DNA of 64,000 nt from Acidobacteriaceae bacterium (lineage in GTDB: Bacteria > Acidobacteriota > Terriglobia > Terriglobales > Acidobacteriaceae): NCBI GenBank assembly GCA_036521315.1, contig DATDHZ010000080.1, forward strand, positions 116,756-180,755, read 5' to 3'. Below the pieces are notes generated by a model that was given only the letters and a program-made list of their open reading frames with translations, ran no database searches and had not been told where the DNA came from. Each line of letters begins with the position of its first letter. Position 1 is the stretch's first letter. Of the stretch, positions 54,159 through 63,053 are shown piece by piece. The translations under genes and the position numbers were made by a program.

Positions 54159-55535
54159 TTAGCCTTCCCACTCGTGCTGAATCTGTTCGAGGGTCTTGCC
54201 CCGCGTCTCCGGCACCATCTTCCAGATAAACACGAACGCGACTGCCGAGAGCGCCGCGTAGATGCCAAAGGTGCCGCTCACCCCCAGCGCGCGGATGAGT
54301 GAAAGAAACGTCAGCGTCACCACGAGCGTTCCGGTCCAGAGCGTCGAGGTCGCAATGGATGCGGCGCGCCCGCGAATCTTCGTCGGAAAGATCTCGGAGA
54401 TGACCACCCAGGGAATCGGGCCCATGGCAAATGCGAAGAATCCTGTGTAGCCGAGAATGCACGCGAGCACGACAAACGGCGAGACACCGGAAATGCGATC
54501 CATGATGACAAACAGCAACAGTGTGACGGTCATCCCGGCCGAAGCGGTCAGGAGCATCGTTCGCCGGCCCCAGCGATCGAGGCAATACAGCGCAATCAGG
54601 GTGCACGCCAGATTCGTGCCTCCGATGATCACGTTGGCCATCAGCGCCGTTCCCGTCGTTTGTCCGCTGAAGTGCTGGGTGATGAGGATCGATCCGTAAT
54701 ACAGCACGGTATTGATGCCAGTGATCTGGCACAGAATTGCTAATCCCAGCGCGATGGTCAGCGGCCGCCGCATCGCCGGCGAGAATACCTCGCTCCACGA
54801 TCCTTCTTCGCTCGACGCAGCCTCTTCGACAGCCTTTACTTCGACATCAGCCTGCAGAGCGCCGTAAATGCGCGCCAGGACGCGGCGCCCCTTCTCGCGC
54901 TGCCCATGGCTGATGAGCCAGCGCGGGCTCTCAGGAATGAACAGCAGCCCCAAAAAGAAACCAATCGCCGGTAGCGCGGCAACGCCGAGCATCCACCGCC
55001 AGCTGGCATCGCCCAGCCCGGCCAGGCCCCAGCCCACCACATAGGCCACCAGAATGCCCACCACAATCGCGAGCTGGTTCATCGACACGAGGCGCCCCCG
55101 ATTGCGTGCCGGCGCGACTTCCGCGATGTAGACCGGCGTCAGCACCGATGAGAGCCCGATGGCCAATCCGCCTGCCAGCCTGCCGATAGCGAAGACCGTG
55201 ACGGATTGTGCCAGGGCCGCCACGACCGTTGACCCTGCAAACAGGATGGCCGCAATCAGCAGCGAAGCACGCCGCCCCAGGCGATCCCCTATCAGGCTCG
55301 CGCCCGCCGCTCCGAGAAGGCAGCCCAGCAGCAGCGCGCTCGCCGCCATCTCTGTCTGGACCGTTGAGAGCGCGAAGTCGCGCTGCAGAAAAAGCAGAAC
55401 CCCGTTGATCACGGCCGTGTCAAACCCGAAGAGAAATCCTGAGATCGCGGCGACGACAGCGAGGAACAGAACGTAAATCGGCGACTTGGCCTTCGCGCCG
55501 CCAGGCGTTGTATCGACTACCGCGGAAATGTGCAT
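54159..55535 (-). CDS. MFS sugar porter family transporter (sugar:H+ symporter).
   Basis: Twelve hydrophobic segments; GDRLGRR, PESPRWL and PETRGKTLEQI signatures. Confidence 0.92.
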   Translation of the reverse strand: MHISAVVDTTPGGAKAKSPIYVLFLAVVAAISGFLFGFDTAVINGVLLFLQRDFALSTVQTEMAASALLLGCLLGAAGASLIGDRLGRRASLLIAAILFAGSTVVAALAQSVTVFAIGRLAGGLAIGLSSVLTPVYIAEVAPARNRGRLVSMNQLAIVVGILVAYVVGWGLAGLGDASWRWMLGVAALPAIGFFLGLLFIPESPRWLISHGQREKGRRVLARIYGALQADVEVKAVEEAASSEEGSWSEVFSPAMRRPLTIALGLAILCQITGINTVLYYGSILITQHFSGQTTGTALMANVIIGGTNLACTLIALYCLDRWGRRTMLLTASAGMTVTLLLFVIMDRISGVSPFVVLACILGYTGFFAFAMGPIPWVVISEIFPTKIRGRAASIATSTLWTGTLVVTLTFLSLIRALGVSGTFGIYAALSAVAFVFIWKMVPETRGKTLEQIQHEWEG

Positions 55536-55682
55536 CTTCTGCCCCGTAGTCTGGATATATGAACGATTTGTTTATATACGAAAGCGGAGGAGTTGCGAAA
55601 CAAGGAAAAACATTCAAGCCGCGGAGCCGGCGCCAGGTTCTGTCCATTCTCTTTCGAACGCCACCACCGCGGTCGCCGACAG

Positions 55683-56480
55683 CTAGCTCACACCAAGGCC
55701 GGCCAGCAATCCGCCATCCACCAGAAAATCGCTGCCCGTGCAGAAAGCCGCGCGATCCGATGCAAGGAACGCTGCCAGCTCCGCGATCTCTTCCGGCGTG
55801 CCGATACGGCCCAGCGGATGCGCCGCCCCGAAACGCGCGAACACTTCGTGCGTGGGCACGCCGGGGGAAAAGTGCGCGGCCGAGGCGGCCAGCATCGGCG
55901 TCCGCACCGATCCGGGGCTGATGGAGTTCACGCGAATGGCATCCTTCGCATGGTCGAGCGCCAGGGCCCGCGTCAGACTGTGGATCGCTCCCTTCGACGT
56001 GGCATAGGCCGCTACTCCCTTTTGGCACGCGTAGCCCTGCACCGAGGCAAGATTCAGGATGCATCCGCCGCCACGTTTCCGCATCACGGGGATCACCGCC
56101 CGCGCCATCAGATACACGCTGCCCACGTTGATGGCCATGCAGCGATTCCAGGTTTCAGGGTCCGTCTCCACCACGTCGCCGAACGGATGAATGGCCGCCG
56201 CATTCACCAGAATGTCAATGCCGCCCATCTGCTGCGCTGCTCGCTGCACGGCGCTTTCAACCGCCTGCGCATCGGCCACGTCGCAACGTTCCGCAACGAC
56301 CACGTTGCCCTGATCTTTGGCGAGCGACGCCAGTTCGCGATTGCCGGCGTCATCGATGCCGAGAGCCGTCACCTGCGCGCCGCCCGCAGCCAGGCGGAGC
56401 GCAATGGCTCGACCAATGCCGGTGGTGCCCGTCACCAGCGCGGTCTTTCCTGCGAATTCATTTGTCTCGACCATGCTCAC
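55683..56480 (-). CDS. Classical short-chain dehydrogenase/reductase (SDR), substrate unknown.
   Basis: TALVTGTTGIGRAIA (TGxxxGxG), NAAA, catalytic YATSKGAI. Its start overlaps the uxuA stop. Confidence 0.88.
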   Translation of the reverse strand: MSMVETNEFAGKTALVTGTTGIGRAIALRLAAGGAQVTALGIDDAGNRELASLAKDQGNVVVAERCDVADAQAVESAVQRAAQQMGGIDILVNAAAIHPFGDVVETDPETWNRCMAINVGSVYLMARAVIPVMRKRGGGCILNLASVQGYACQKGVAAYATSKGAIHSLTRALALDHAKDAIRVNSISPGSVRTPMLAASAAHFSPGVPTHEVFARFGAAHPLGRIGTPEEIAELAAFLASDRAAFCTGSDFLVDGGLLAGLGVS

Positions 56481-57691
56481 AATTCACCTCGCCCGTCCTT
56501 CGACACGCGCAGTTCGGGAACGGCATACTGCAACCCCCGAATCGCGCCGCGCAGCTCCGCCAATCCCTTCAGTCGTCCCACAAACGAATAACCCGCATTC
56601 CCCGGCTTGCCGATATCGTCTCCCAACTGATGCCCATGATCCGGCCGCATGGGAATCTCCCAGTCGCCGCGGCCCTGCGCCGCTCTCCGCCGCTCCTCTT
56701 CGAGCATCACGCGAACAATGCCCACCATATCGGAGCTCCCCGACAGGTGCTCCGCCTCATGAAACGAACCGTCGGCCTCGCGCTGCACCTGGCGCAGATG
56801 CAGGAAGTGGATGCGCGGTCCGAATTCACGCGCCATCGCCGGCAGATTGTTGTCCCCGCGGGATCCAAGGGAGCCCACGCAAAACGTCAACCCGTTGGCA
56901 GGGGCATCGTATCCCGCGAGAATCGCCCTCAGATCGTCCGCGGTCGAAACCACGCGCGGCAATCCGTACAGCGAAAAGGGCGGATCGTCGGGGTGGATTG
57001 CCAGAACCAGGCCCAACTGCTCCGCTACAGGAACCACTTCGCGCAAAAACTCGACCAGGTTCGCGCGCAGATCCTCTGCGGTCATGCCATCGTAGGCCGC
57101 AATCGCCGCCCGCATGGATTCGCGATCGTACGACGACTCCGATGCGGAAAGTCCCGCAATCAGGTTTTTCTCCAGCAAATCTTTCTGCGCCTCGCTCATG
57201 TGCGCGAAGCGCGCCCGCGCCGCCTGCACGCGGTCCGGCGTGTAGCTGTCCTCCGCATGGCGCCGCTTGAGCAGGAACAAGTCGTAGGCGGCATGATCAA
57301 TCGCATCGAATCGGACCGCGTATCCAGTCGATGGCAGCCGCCACGCGATGTCGGTCCGCACCCAGTCCACTACCGGCATGAAGTTGTAGGCGACGATCTT
57401 CACACCAATCTGCGCAATCGCGGCGAGCGAATCCTTCCACGCGCCAATGGCTTTCCGACGCTCGCCCGTCCGCAGCTTGATGGAGTTGTGCATGGGGATA
57501 CTCTCCACAATCGACCACTCCATGCCTGCTGCTGTGATCGCGTCTTTCCGTTTCTGCAGTTCGTCCAGGGGCCACGCCTCTCCGCGATAGAGGTGGTGCA
57601 ACGCAGTGACTATCCCCATTGCGCCCGCCTGCCTCGCGTTGTGCAGCGGGACCGGGTCCTCAGGACCAAACCAGCGCCAGGTCTCCTTCAT
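56477..57691 (-). CDS. uxuA: Mannonate dehydratase.
   Basis: MKETWRWFGPEDPVPLHNARQAGAMGIVTALHH closely parallels the E. coli UxuA N-terminus ([33 protein letters not shown]). Length 404 aa. Confidence 0.9.
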   Translation of the reverse strand: MKETWRWFGPEDPVPLHNARQAGAMGIVTALHHLYRGEAWPLDELQKRKDAITAAGMEWSIVESIPMHNSIKLRTGERRKAIGAWKDSLAAIAQIGVKIVAYNFMPVVDWVRTDIAWRLPSTGYAVRFDAIDHAAYDLFLLKRRHAEDSYTPDRVQAARARFAHMSEAQKDLLEKNLIAGLSASESSYDRESMRAAIAAYDGMTAEDLRANLVEFLREVVPVAEQLGLVLAIHPDDPPFSLYGLPRVVSTADDLRAILAGYDAPANGLTFCVGSLGSRGDNNLPAMAREFGPRIHFLHLRQVQREADGSFHEAEHLSGSSDMVGIVRVMLEEERRRAAQGRGDWEIPMRPDHGHQLGDDIGKPGNAGYSFVGRLKGLAELRGAIRGLQYAVPELRVSKDGRGEL

Positions 57692-58629
57692 GCTTCCCTG
57701 CCCCGCGCTCGATCGCCGGTCGCCGCTGTTACCGGCTCGATTCTGGAACGGTATTTCAATTGGCCACGAATTCCGGCGCGCACGCGATAGAGCGGACCTC
57801 CCACAAACACGCTCTTCGGATCGTATCCCTTGGGCGCGAGCACCACCGCGTTGGTCTGCGCGGCCGAGGTCACGTAAATCTCATCCAGTTCCGGCCCTCC
57901 GAACGCCACCGAGGAAGTCTGCTTCGCCTGAAAATCCAGGCGCCGCTCTCGCTTGCCGTCCGGATCGAATCGCGACACGCATCCGCCGAACCAGTGCGCG
58001 CACCAAACGTACCCTTCAGCATCGACGCACAGACCATCGGGTATGCCCTCGCTCCGATCGATCCGCGCAAACACCCGGCGGTTCTGCAGGGCGCCGTCAC
58101 TGCGCCGCCAGTCGTATGCATAAATCACCCGCGCCACCGTGTCAGCGAAATACATCGTCGCGCCATCCGGCGAGAACGCCAAGCCGTTCGAGAAGCAGAT
58201 GCCGTCATCCGCCAGGTGCACCGTCCCATCGCGATCCACGCGAAAGAGAAAGCTCGGCGCCGACCTGCCCTGCTCATCCAGGTGCCACGATCCCGAGTAC
58301 ACACGACCCTCCGGATCGGCAGCGCAGTCGTTCATCACGCATTCCTGGCCATCCGCTTCGTTTGCCAGCAGCAGCGCATCCTCACCGGGACGCCACAGCC
58401 AAATTCCGTCGCTGTTCGTCACGACAAATCCGCCATCCTCCTGACGACTGAACCCTCCCACCTGAAAGCCATCGCTGAGCCGCTCGTGGCGCTGTTCGCG
58501 CCACAAATAGCGAAAGAACCGGCGGCCCGTGATGTCCGTCCAGTAGAGCGCCTGTTCGCGCTCGTCCCACAGCGGTCCTTCGCCGCACAGGTTGCCTTCA
58601 TCAGCAATGATTTCAATGTCCATCGTCAT
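57688..58629 (-). CDS. SMP-30/gluconolactonase/LRE family lactonase (six-bladed propeller).
   Basis: NLCGEGPLWDEREQALYWTDI, NGLAFSPDG, PDGLCVDAEGYVW. ATGA overlap with the uxuA start. Confidence 0.85.
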   Translation of the reverse strand: MTMDIEIIADEGNLCGEGPLWDEREQALYWTDITGRRFFRYLWREQRHERLSDGFQVGGFSRQEDGGFVVTNSDGIWLWRPGEDALLLANEADGQECVMNDCAADPEGRVYSGSWHLDEQGRSAPSFLFRVDRDGTVHLADDGICFSNGLAFSPDGATMYFADTVARVIYAYDWRRSDGALQNRRVFARIDRSEGIPDGLCVDAEGYVWCAHWFGGCVSRFDPDGKRERRLDFQAKQTSSVAFGGPELDEIYVTSAAQTNAVVLAPKGYDPKSVFVGGPLYRVRAGIRGQLKYRSRIEPVTAATGDRARGREA

Positions 58630-58742
58630 AGTAGAAAGCGTCCCCGGTATACGGTCTGCCGCGTTGGCGTGTCAACCAACGCCCGACGCGCAGGCGATGC
58701 CATGCGGTGATCACGCCACCTTCAGAGGATAATGTTCGCTGT

Positions 58743-59942
58743 ATGAGTACGCAGAAAGTCGGGGTGAGAAGAGGCCGTTGGCGGAATCGCCCGTGCTGCA
58801 TTCTGAGCAACGACATCGTGGAGCTCACTCACCTGACCGGCGGCGGCCAAATTCCCGATTATCATTTTCTCGACGCGCCGACCCTCAATCCCTTCTGGAT
58901 CCCGCAATGGAGGCTCCGGGATCCGGTGCTCTTTCGCGCCGCGTGCGATGAGGCGACGTTCGGCCCGGAGCCCGTCGGCAAGTTGCTCAGCGGAATCGCC
59001 GGGCACAGCCTCTGTCTCGGGCTGTACGGCATGCCATCGGACGAAGAGATCGCCGCCGGCGCAGTGCTCCATGGCGAAGCCGGTGTGCGCCGCTGGACCG
59101 CGTCTCTGCGGTCTGGGCGGGACGAAGGCTACCTGCGCTTCTCCGTCCGCCTGCCTGCGTTCGGCCTCGTTTTCACGCGCGAACTTTCTCTGCGCACTGG
59201 CGAGTCGGTCATTCAGGTGCGCGAAGCCGTTCGCAATCTGCTGGACGCCGATCAATTCATCCAGTGGCAGCAGCACGCGGTGCTCGGTCCACCGTTCCTG
59301 GATGCGGCTGAATGTGTGATCACGCTGCCTGGTCTGCGAGGCATCACCGATCCCGGCGCTTACGAGGGCCACCCCGCGCTCGCCCCCGATTCGGAGTTCA
59401 CATGGCCTGCTGCGCCGGCCGTGGGCGGCGGCTCCGTCGACCTGCAGTATCCGTGCCAAACGCCTGGCCGCGGCTTTGTCGCGGGTATTCAGATCGATCC
59501 TCGCCGGGAACATGGGTTCGCCTGCGCGGTCAATCCGGCGGAGCGCCTGGCTTTTGGGTACATCTTTCGGCGTTCGCAGTTTCCGTGGGTCACTCTTTGG
59601 GAAGAAAACTGCACTCGCTTGGCTCCGCCGTGGGCCGGCCGCGAGCAAGCTCGTGCCTTTGAGTTTGGGGTGAGCCCTCTGCCCATTGGCCGCGCCGAAA
59701 CGCTGCGCCGCGGCGAAGCTTTCGGCACGCCCACCCTGCTCCGTGTCCCCGCTCGGGCCGCGGTCCATGCCGCCTGGGCCATGTTCTTGTGCCGCGTTCC
59801 ACATAGTACGCGCCGCGTTAACGACATCGTCTGCCATCCCAACCGGCTGTGCATCACCACCGACAGCACCGCCGAACTCACGATTCCGGCGGGTGGCATC
59901 GGCGAATTCCTGAATGGGCCTGCGCCGCGGTCGACAAGTTAG
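58743..59942 (+). CDS. Hypothetical protein, tentatively of the aldose-1-epimerase (galactose mutarotase)-like fold.
   Basis: 400-aa ORF divergent from the lactonase operon. Only a weak pattern (GAVLHGEAGVRRW...) recalls the mutarotase HG...W region. Coding status is supported by length and codon bias, not by motifs. Confidence 0.4.
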   Translation: MSTQKVGVRRGRWRNRPCCILSNDIVELTHLTGGGQIPDYHFLDAPTLNPFWIPQWRLRDPVLFRAACDEATFGPEPVGKLLSGIAGHSLCLGLYGMPSDEEIAAGAVLHGEAGVRRWTASLRSGRDEGYLRFSVRLPAFGLVFTRELSLRTGESVIQVREAVRNLLDADQFIQWQQHAVLGPPFLDAAECVITLPGLRGITDPGAYEGHPALAPDSEFTWPAAPAVGGGSVDLQYPCQTPGRGFVAGIQIDPRREHGFACAVNPAERLAFGYIFRRSQFPWVTLWEENCTRLAPPWAGREQARAFEFGVSPLPIGRAETLRRGEAFGTPTLLRVPARAAVHAAWAMFLCRVPHSTRRVNDIVCHPNRLCITTDSTAELTIPAGGIGEFLNGPAPRSTS

Positions 59943-59949
59943 TCATATC

Positions 59950-59967
59950 GCTCAGCTTGCGCTGAGC
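59950..59967. terminator. Possible bidirectional hairpin between convergent genes.
   Basis: GCTCAGC-TTGC-GCTGAGC, a perfect 7-bp stem with a 4-nt loop. There is no U-tract on either strand. Confidence 0.3.
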
Positions 59968-59986
59968 AGAGCGGGGATTCGGCGAA

Positions 59987-62545
59987 TCACTCGGTGCGCA
60001 GCGCCTTGACCGGGTCCAGCGAGGCGGCGCGCCGCGCCGGGATGATGCTGGCGACACACGCGCAGAAACCGAGGGTCAAAACCGCAACGCAGAGAACCAG
60101 CGGATCCCATCCTTTGACCTGATACAGCTGCGCGGCAATCAGCCGGCCGCAGCCGATCGAGGCGGGTATGCCGATGGCCAGTCCGATGAGGATCTGCAGG
60201 AAGGCTCCGCGCAGAACCAGGCGGACAATGCCGAAGCGATCGGCGCCGAGCGCCATGCGAATGCCGATTTCGCTGGTGCGGCGCTCCACAGTGTACGCGG
60301 TGACGCCGTAGAGGCCGACCGCGGCGAGGATGAGCGCGAGAATTCCGAAGAGACCGGTCATATTAGCGACGGCCCGCTGCTGATCGAAACGCGAATCCAC
60401 CGTGTCGCGCAGAGTCCACATGCCCAATAGCGTAAGGTTCGGATCGACGTCGGAGAAGACGTGCCGAATCGCAGGCTCGAGGCCTTCGGTGCTGCCGCGC
60501 ACCTGGAGAACCGCGCCCTCGATGAAGTGGGTCTCGTCGTCGATCTGCTGCATCATGGAGCCGTCTTCGTATTTCGCGTGCTGCGCGAGCGGCACGAAGA
60601 ACAGCGGGCGGGGCGGATCGGTGCTGGCAGGATCGGTGTACTTCGCGTTGCCTACCACGCCGACGATTTCATAGGTGCTGGAATAGCGGGGCAGATCGAG
60701 GCCGAAGTGCTGGCCGATGGGGTCTTCGCTGGGTTTGAAGAATTGCTTGACGAAGGCCTGGTTGACCACCACCACGTTCTGCGTCGAGGCGGTGTCATCT
60801 TCCGTAATCGTGCGGCCGCGGATAATTGGCTGGCCGAGGGTTTCCAGATATCCGGCACCGACGTGATCCCAGGAAGAGCCGACGGGTTCGTTCATGTTGG
60901 GCATGCCATGCCCCTGGCGAATGACCATCTCGCCCCAGTTGTCGGTCAGCGGCGTGTACTGCGCGAGGGCGGCGCGCTCAACGCCGGGGATATGGGTGAG
61001 ACGATCCTGCAGCTCGCGGTAGAGGGCGTCCAGCTGCGGTTTGGAGTAGGACGGCCATGGGGCGATGATGCCGATGGTGATGCGGTGGTCGAGCTGGTAG
61101 CCGAAGTCCTGGTGCTGCAGGTTGACGAGGCTGCGGGTGAGCAGGCCGGCGCCGGCCAGCAGGATGAGCGAGATCGCGGCCTGCGCGACGACCAGGGTCT
61201 TTTGCGACCACGAAGCGTGATCGCGAGTGCTGCGATTGGCGCCGCGGAGAGCCTCGGCGGGATCGGCGTGCGTGGCCAGCCATGCAGGCGCCGTTCCGAA
61301 GATGGCGCCGGTGACGAGAGACAGCGCAAAGGCAAAGAGCAGAACGGGCACCGAGGGCCTTGCCGAGATGGGGACAAAGTGCGCGCCGTGGAAAGCCATC
61401 GCGACGACGGCCTTGACCCCAAGCCACGCAACAGCCAGTCCGGCGAGGCCGCCGCAGATCGCCAGCAGAATGCTCTCGGTGAGGGTTTGTCGAATGAGAC
61501 GCCGGCGCGACGCGCCAAGGGCCAGGCGAACGGAGGTCTGCGTGCGGCGCGAGGCCCCGCGTGCGAGCAGCAGGTTGGCAATGTTGGCGCAGGCAATCAG
61601 CAGCACCAGGCCGCAAACCGTGAGCAGGATATGAAGACTGGCGGCGTAGTCGTCTTTCATTTCGCCCACGCCGGCTCCGGCAGGAATGACGCGGATGTTC
61701 TGTTTCGGGAGATCGGCTTTGACGTTCGCCATCCAGTCGGCGGGCATGCCACTGTCGTAGACGAGCCACTGGCGCAGGAGAGCGGTCATGCGCTGGCCGG
61801 TGGTGGAGACCGACGCGCCGGGCCGGACACGGCCGATGACGCGAAGCCACGCCTGAAAGTGGTGGAGCAACGAGTTGGACCCTGCAAACATCGGTTCGAG
61901 ATTGACCGGCAACCACATGTCAGGAGGATCGGCGCGAAGAGTTTCGCCGAAGAACCCGGGCGGCGTAACGCCCACGATGGTGACGGAATGGCCGTTGATG
62001 ATGAACGTGGAGCCGACGATGGAGGGATCAGAGCCGTACTGCTGCTGCCAGGTGCGGTAACTGAGGACGGCAACCGGCGCCGAGCCGGGCTGATCGTCGG
62101 AAGGAGCGATGGTGCGGCCCACAAACGCGCCGATGCCGAGCGTGGAGAAGTAATTCCCGGTCACCGCTTCTTCGCGCAATGGTTTAGCAAGGCGATCCGC
62201 TTCGCCACGGCGGACACTGTAGGTCCAGTTACCGGCCTGGAATGCGGCAAGCGAGGAGAATTCCGGCGCGTTCTGCTGCATCCGCCGGTAAAAGTCGTAG
62301 GAGAAAAAGCCCCAGTCGTCCTGGGTGGAACCCTGAATGCAGCAATCGTCCCCCTCGCCGATTCGGTAAAGGCTGCGTGGATCGCCCACCGGCAGCGACT
62401 TGAGCATGACGGTGTTAATGAGGGAGAAAATGGAAGTAGTGGCGCCGATGCCCAGGGCCAGGGTGAGCATCGCGGTGAGGGTGAAGACAGGGGAAAGGCG
62501 CATCTGGCGCAGAGCGTAGGCAAGGTCCTGGCGGAACGTCTGCAT
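59987..62545 (-). CDS. ADOP-family duplicated MacB/FtsX-type permease (no ATPase domain).
   Basis: MQTFRQDLAYALRQMRLSPVFTLTAMLTLALGIGATTSIFSLINTVMLKSLP (typical ADOP N-terminus). Two MacB_PCD + FtsX halves, with four TM helices each. ATG 62545 is preferred over ORF-track start 62776. Confidence 0.85.
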   Translation of the reverse strand: MQTFRQDLAYALRQMRLSPVFTLTAMLTLALGIGATTSIFSLINTVMLKSLPVGDPRSLYRIGEGDDCCIQGSTQDDWGFFSYDFYRRMQQNAPEFSSLAAFQAGNWTYSVRRGEADRLAKPLREEAVTGNYFSTLGIGAFVGRTIAPSDDQPGSAPVAVLSYRTWQQQYGSDPSIVGSTFIINGHSVTIVGVTPPGFFGETLRADPPDMWLPVNLEPMFAGSNSLLHHFQAWLRVIGRVRPGASVSTTGQRMTALLRQWLVYDSGMPADWMANVKADLPKQNIRVIPAGAGVGEMKDDYAASLHILLTVCGLVLLIACANIANLLLARGASRRTQTSVRLALGASRRRLIRQTLTESILLAICGGLAGLAVAWLGVKAVVAMAFHGAHFVPISARPSVPVLLFAFALSLVTGAIFGTAPAWLATHADPAEALRGANRSTRDHASWSQKTLVVAQAAISLILLAGAGLLTRSLVNLQHQDFGYQLDHRITIGIIAPWPSYSKPQLDALYRELQDRLTHIPGVERAALAQYTPLTDNWGEMVIRQGHGMPNMNEPVGSSWDHVGAGYLETLGQPIIRGRTITEDDTASTQNVVVVNQAFVKQFFKPSEDPIGQHFGLDLPRYSSTYEIVGVVGNAKYTDPASTDPPRPLFFVPLAQHAKYEDGSMMQQIDDETHFIEGAVLQVRGSTEGLEPAIRHVFSDVDPNLTLLGMWTLRDTVDSRFDQQRAVANMTGLFGILALILAAVGLYGVTAYTVERRTSEIGIRMALGADRFGIVRLVLRGAFLQILIGLAIGIPASIGCGRLIAAQLYQVKGWDPLVLCVAVLTLGFCACVASIIPARRAASLDPVKALRTE

Positions 62546-62623
62546 GGCAAACCTCAGGAGTGAATACGCTGCCAGGCGGAATCCGGTTCCCGCCTTATGG
62601 GAACGCGATCTCCGACCCTCCCC

Positions 62624-62661
62624 TTGACATTCGACCTGAACGGGAATACCTTCAGGTCGAA
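62624..62661 (+). promoter_or_regulatory. padR promoter with an embedded perfect 11-bp inverted repeat; the transcript is predicted to be leaderless.
   Basis: TTGACA 62624-62629, a 17-nt spacer, TACCTT 62647-62652. The arms TTCGACCTGAA (62630-62640) and TTCAGGTCGAA (62651-62661) are exact complements. The last base of the right arm is the A of ATG 62661. Confidence 0.5.
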
Positions 62662-63020
62662 TGACGACCGAAGAGAGCGACAGCCAACTGGAACTGCTGC
62701 AGGGCACCCTCGACCTGCTCATCCTGCAGACCCTTGCCTTTGGGCCGGCGCACGGCCACGCCATCGCCCGCATCATCCAGCAGCGATCGGAAGAAGTGCT
62801 GCAGGTTGGCCACGGTTCGCTCTATCCAGCACTGCAGCGCCTCCTGCGCGGCGGCCTCATCGTCGCCGACGACGGCCTCTCTGAGAACAATCGCAAGGCC
62901 CGCTTCTATCGCCTCACAGCGAAGGGCCGCAAACGGCTCACTGCCGAGACCTCTAAATGGGAGCGCTTCGCAGGCGCGATTGCGCGCTTGCTGTCTCCGC
63001 TGCCAGACCAAAACTCCTAG
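62661..63020 (+). CDS. PadR family transcriptional regulator.
   Basis: [56 protein letters not shown]...[14 protein letters not shown] is a canonical PadR winged helix. Confidence 0.9.
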   Translation: MTTEESDSQLELLQGTLDLLILQTLAFGPAHGHAIARIIQQRSEEVLQVGHGSLYPALQRLLRGGLIVADDGLSENNRKARFYRLTAKGRKRLTAETSKWERFAGAIARLLSPLPDQNS

Positions 63021-63053
63021 GGCCCCGCAACATCATCAAGCGAGGAAACCGCC

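Noticed and set aside
53998-54798. 266-aa minus-strand ORF and a 77-aa ORF (53856-54089) between the MFS and ROK genes.
   Set aside because: The longer one is an out-of-frame shadow of the MFS transporter gene. The 300-bp gap itself carries the shared promoter module, not a credible CDS.
60461-62563. 700-aa plus-strand ORF; similar long shadows at 15550-16788, 18803-19780, 21733-23208, 44473-45627, 50751-52391 and 26867-27859.
   Set aside because: All lie opposite or out of frame to genes with strong family signatures, show the Arg/Gly/Ala-rich composition expected of GC-rich non-coding frames, and lack motifs.
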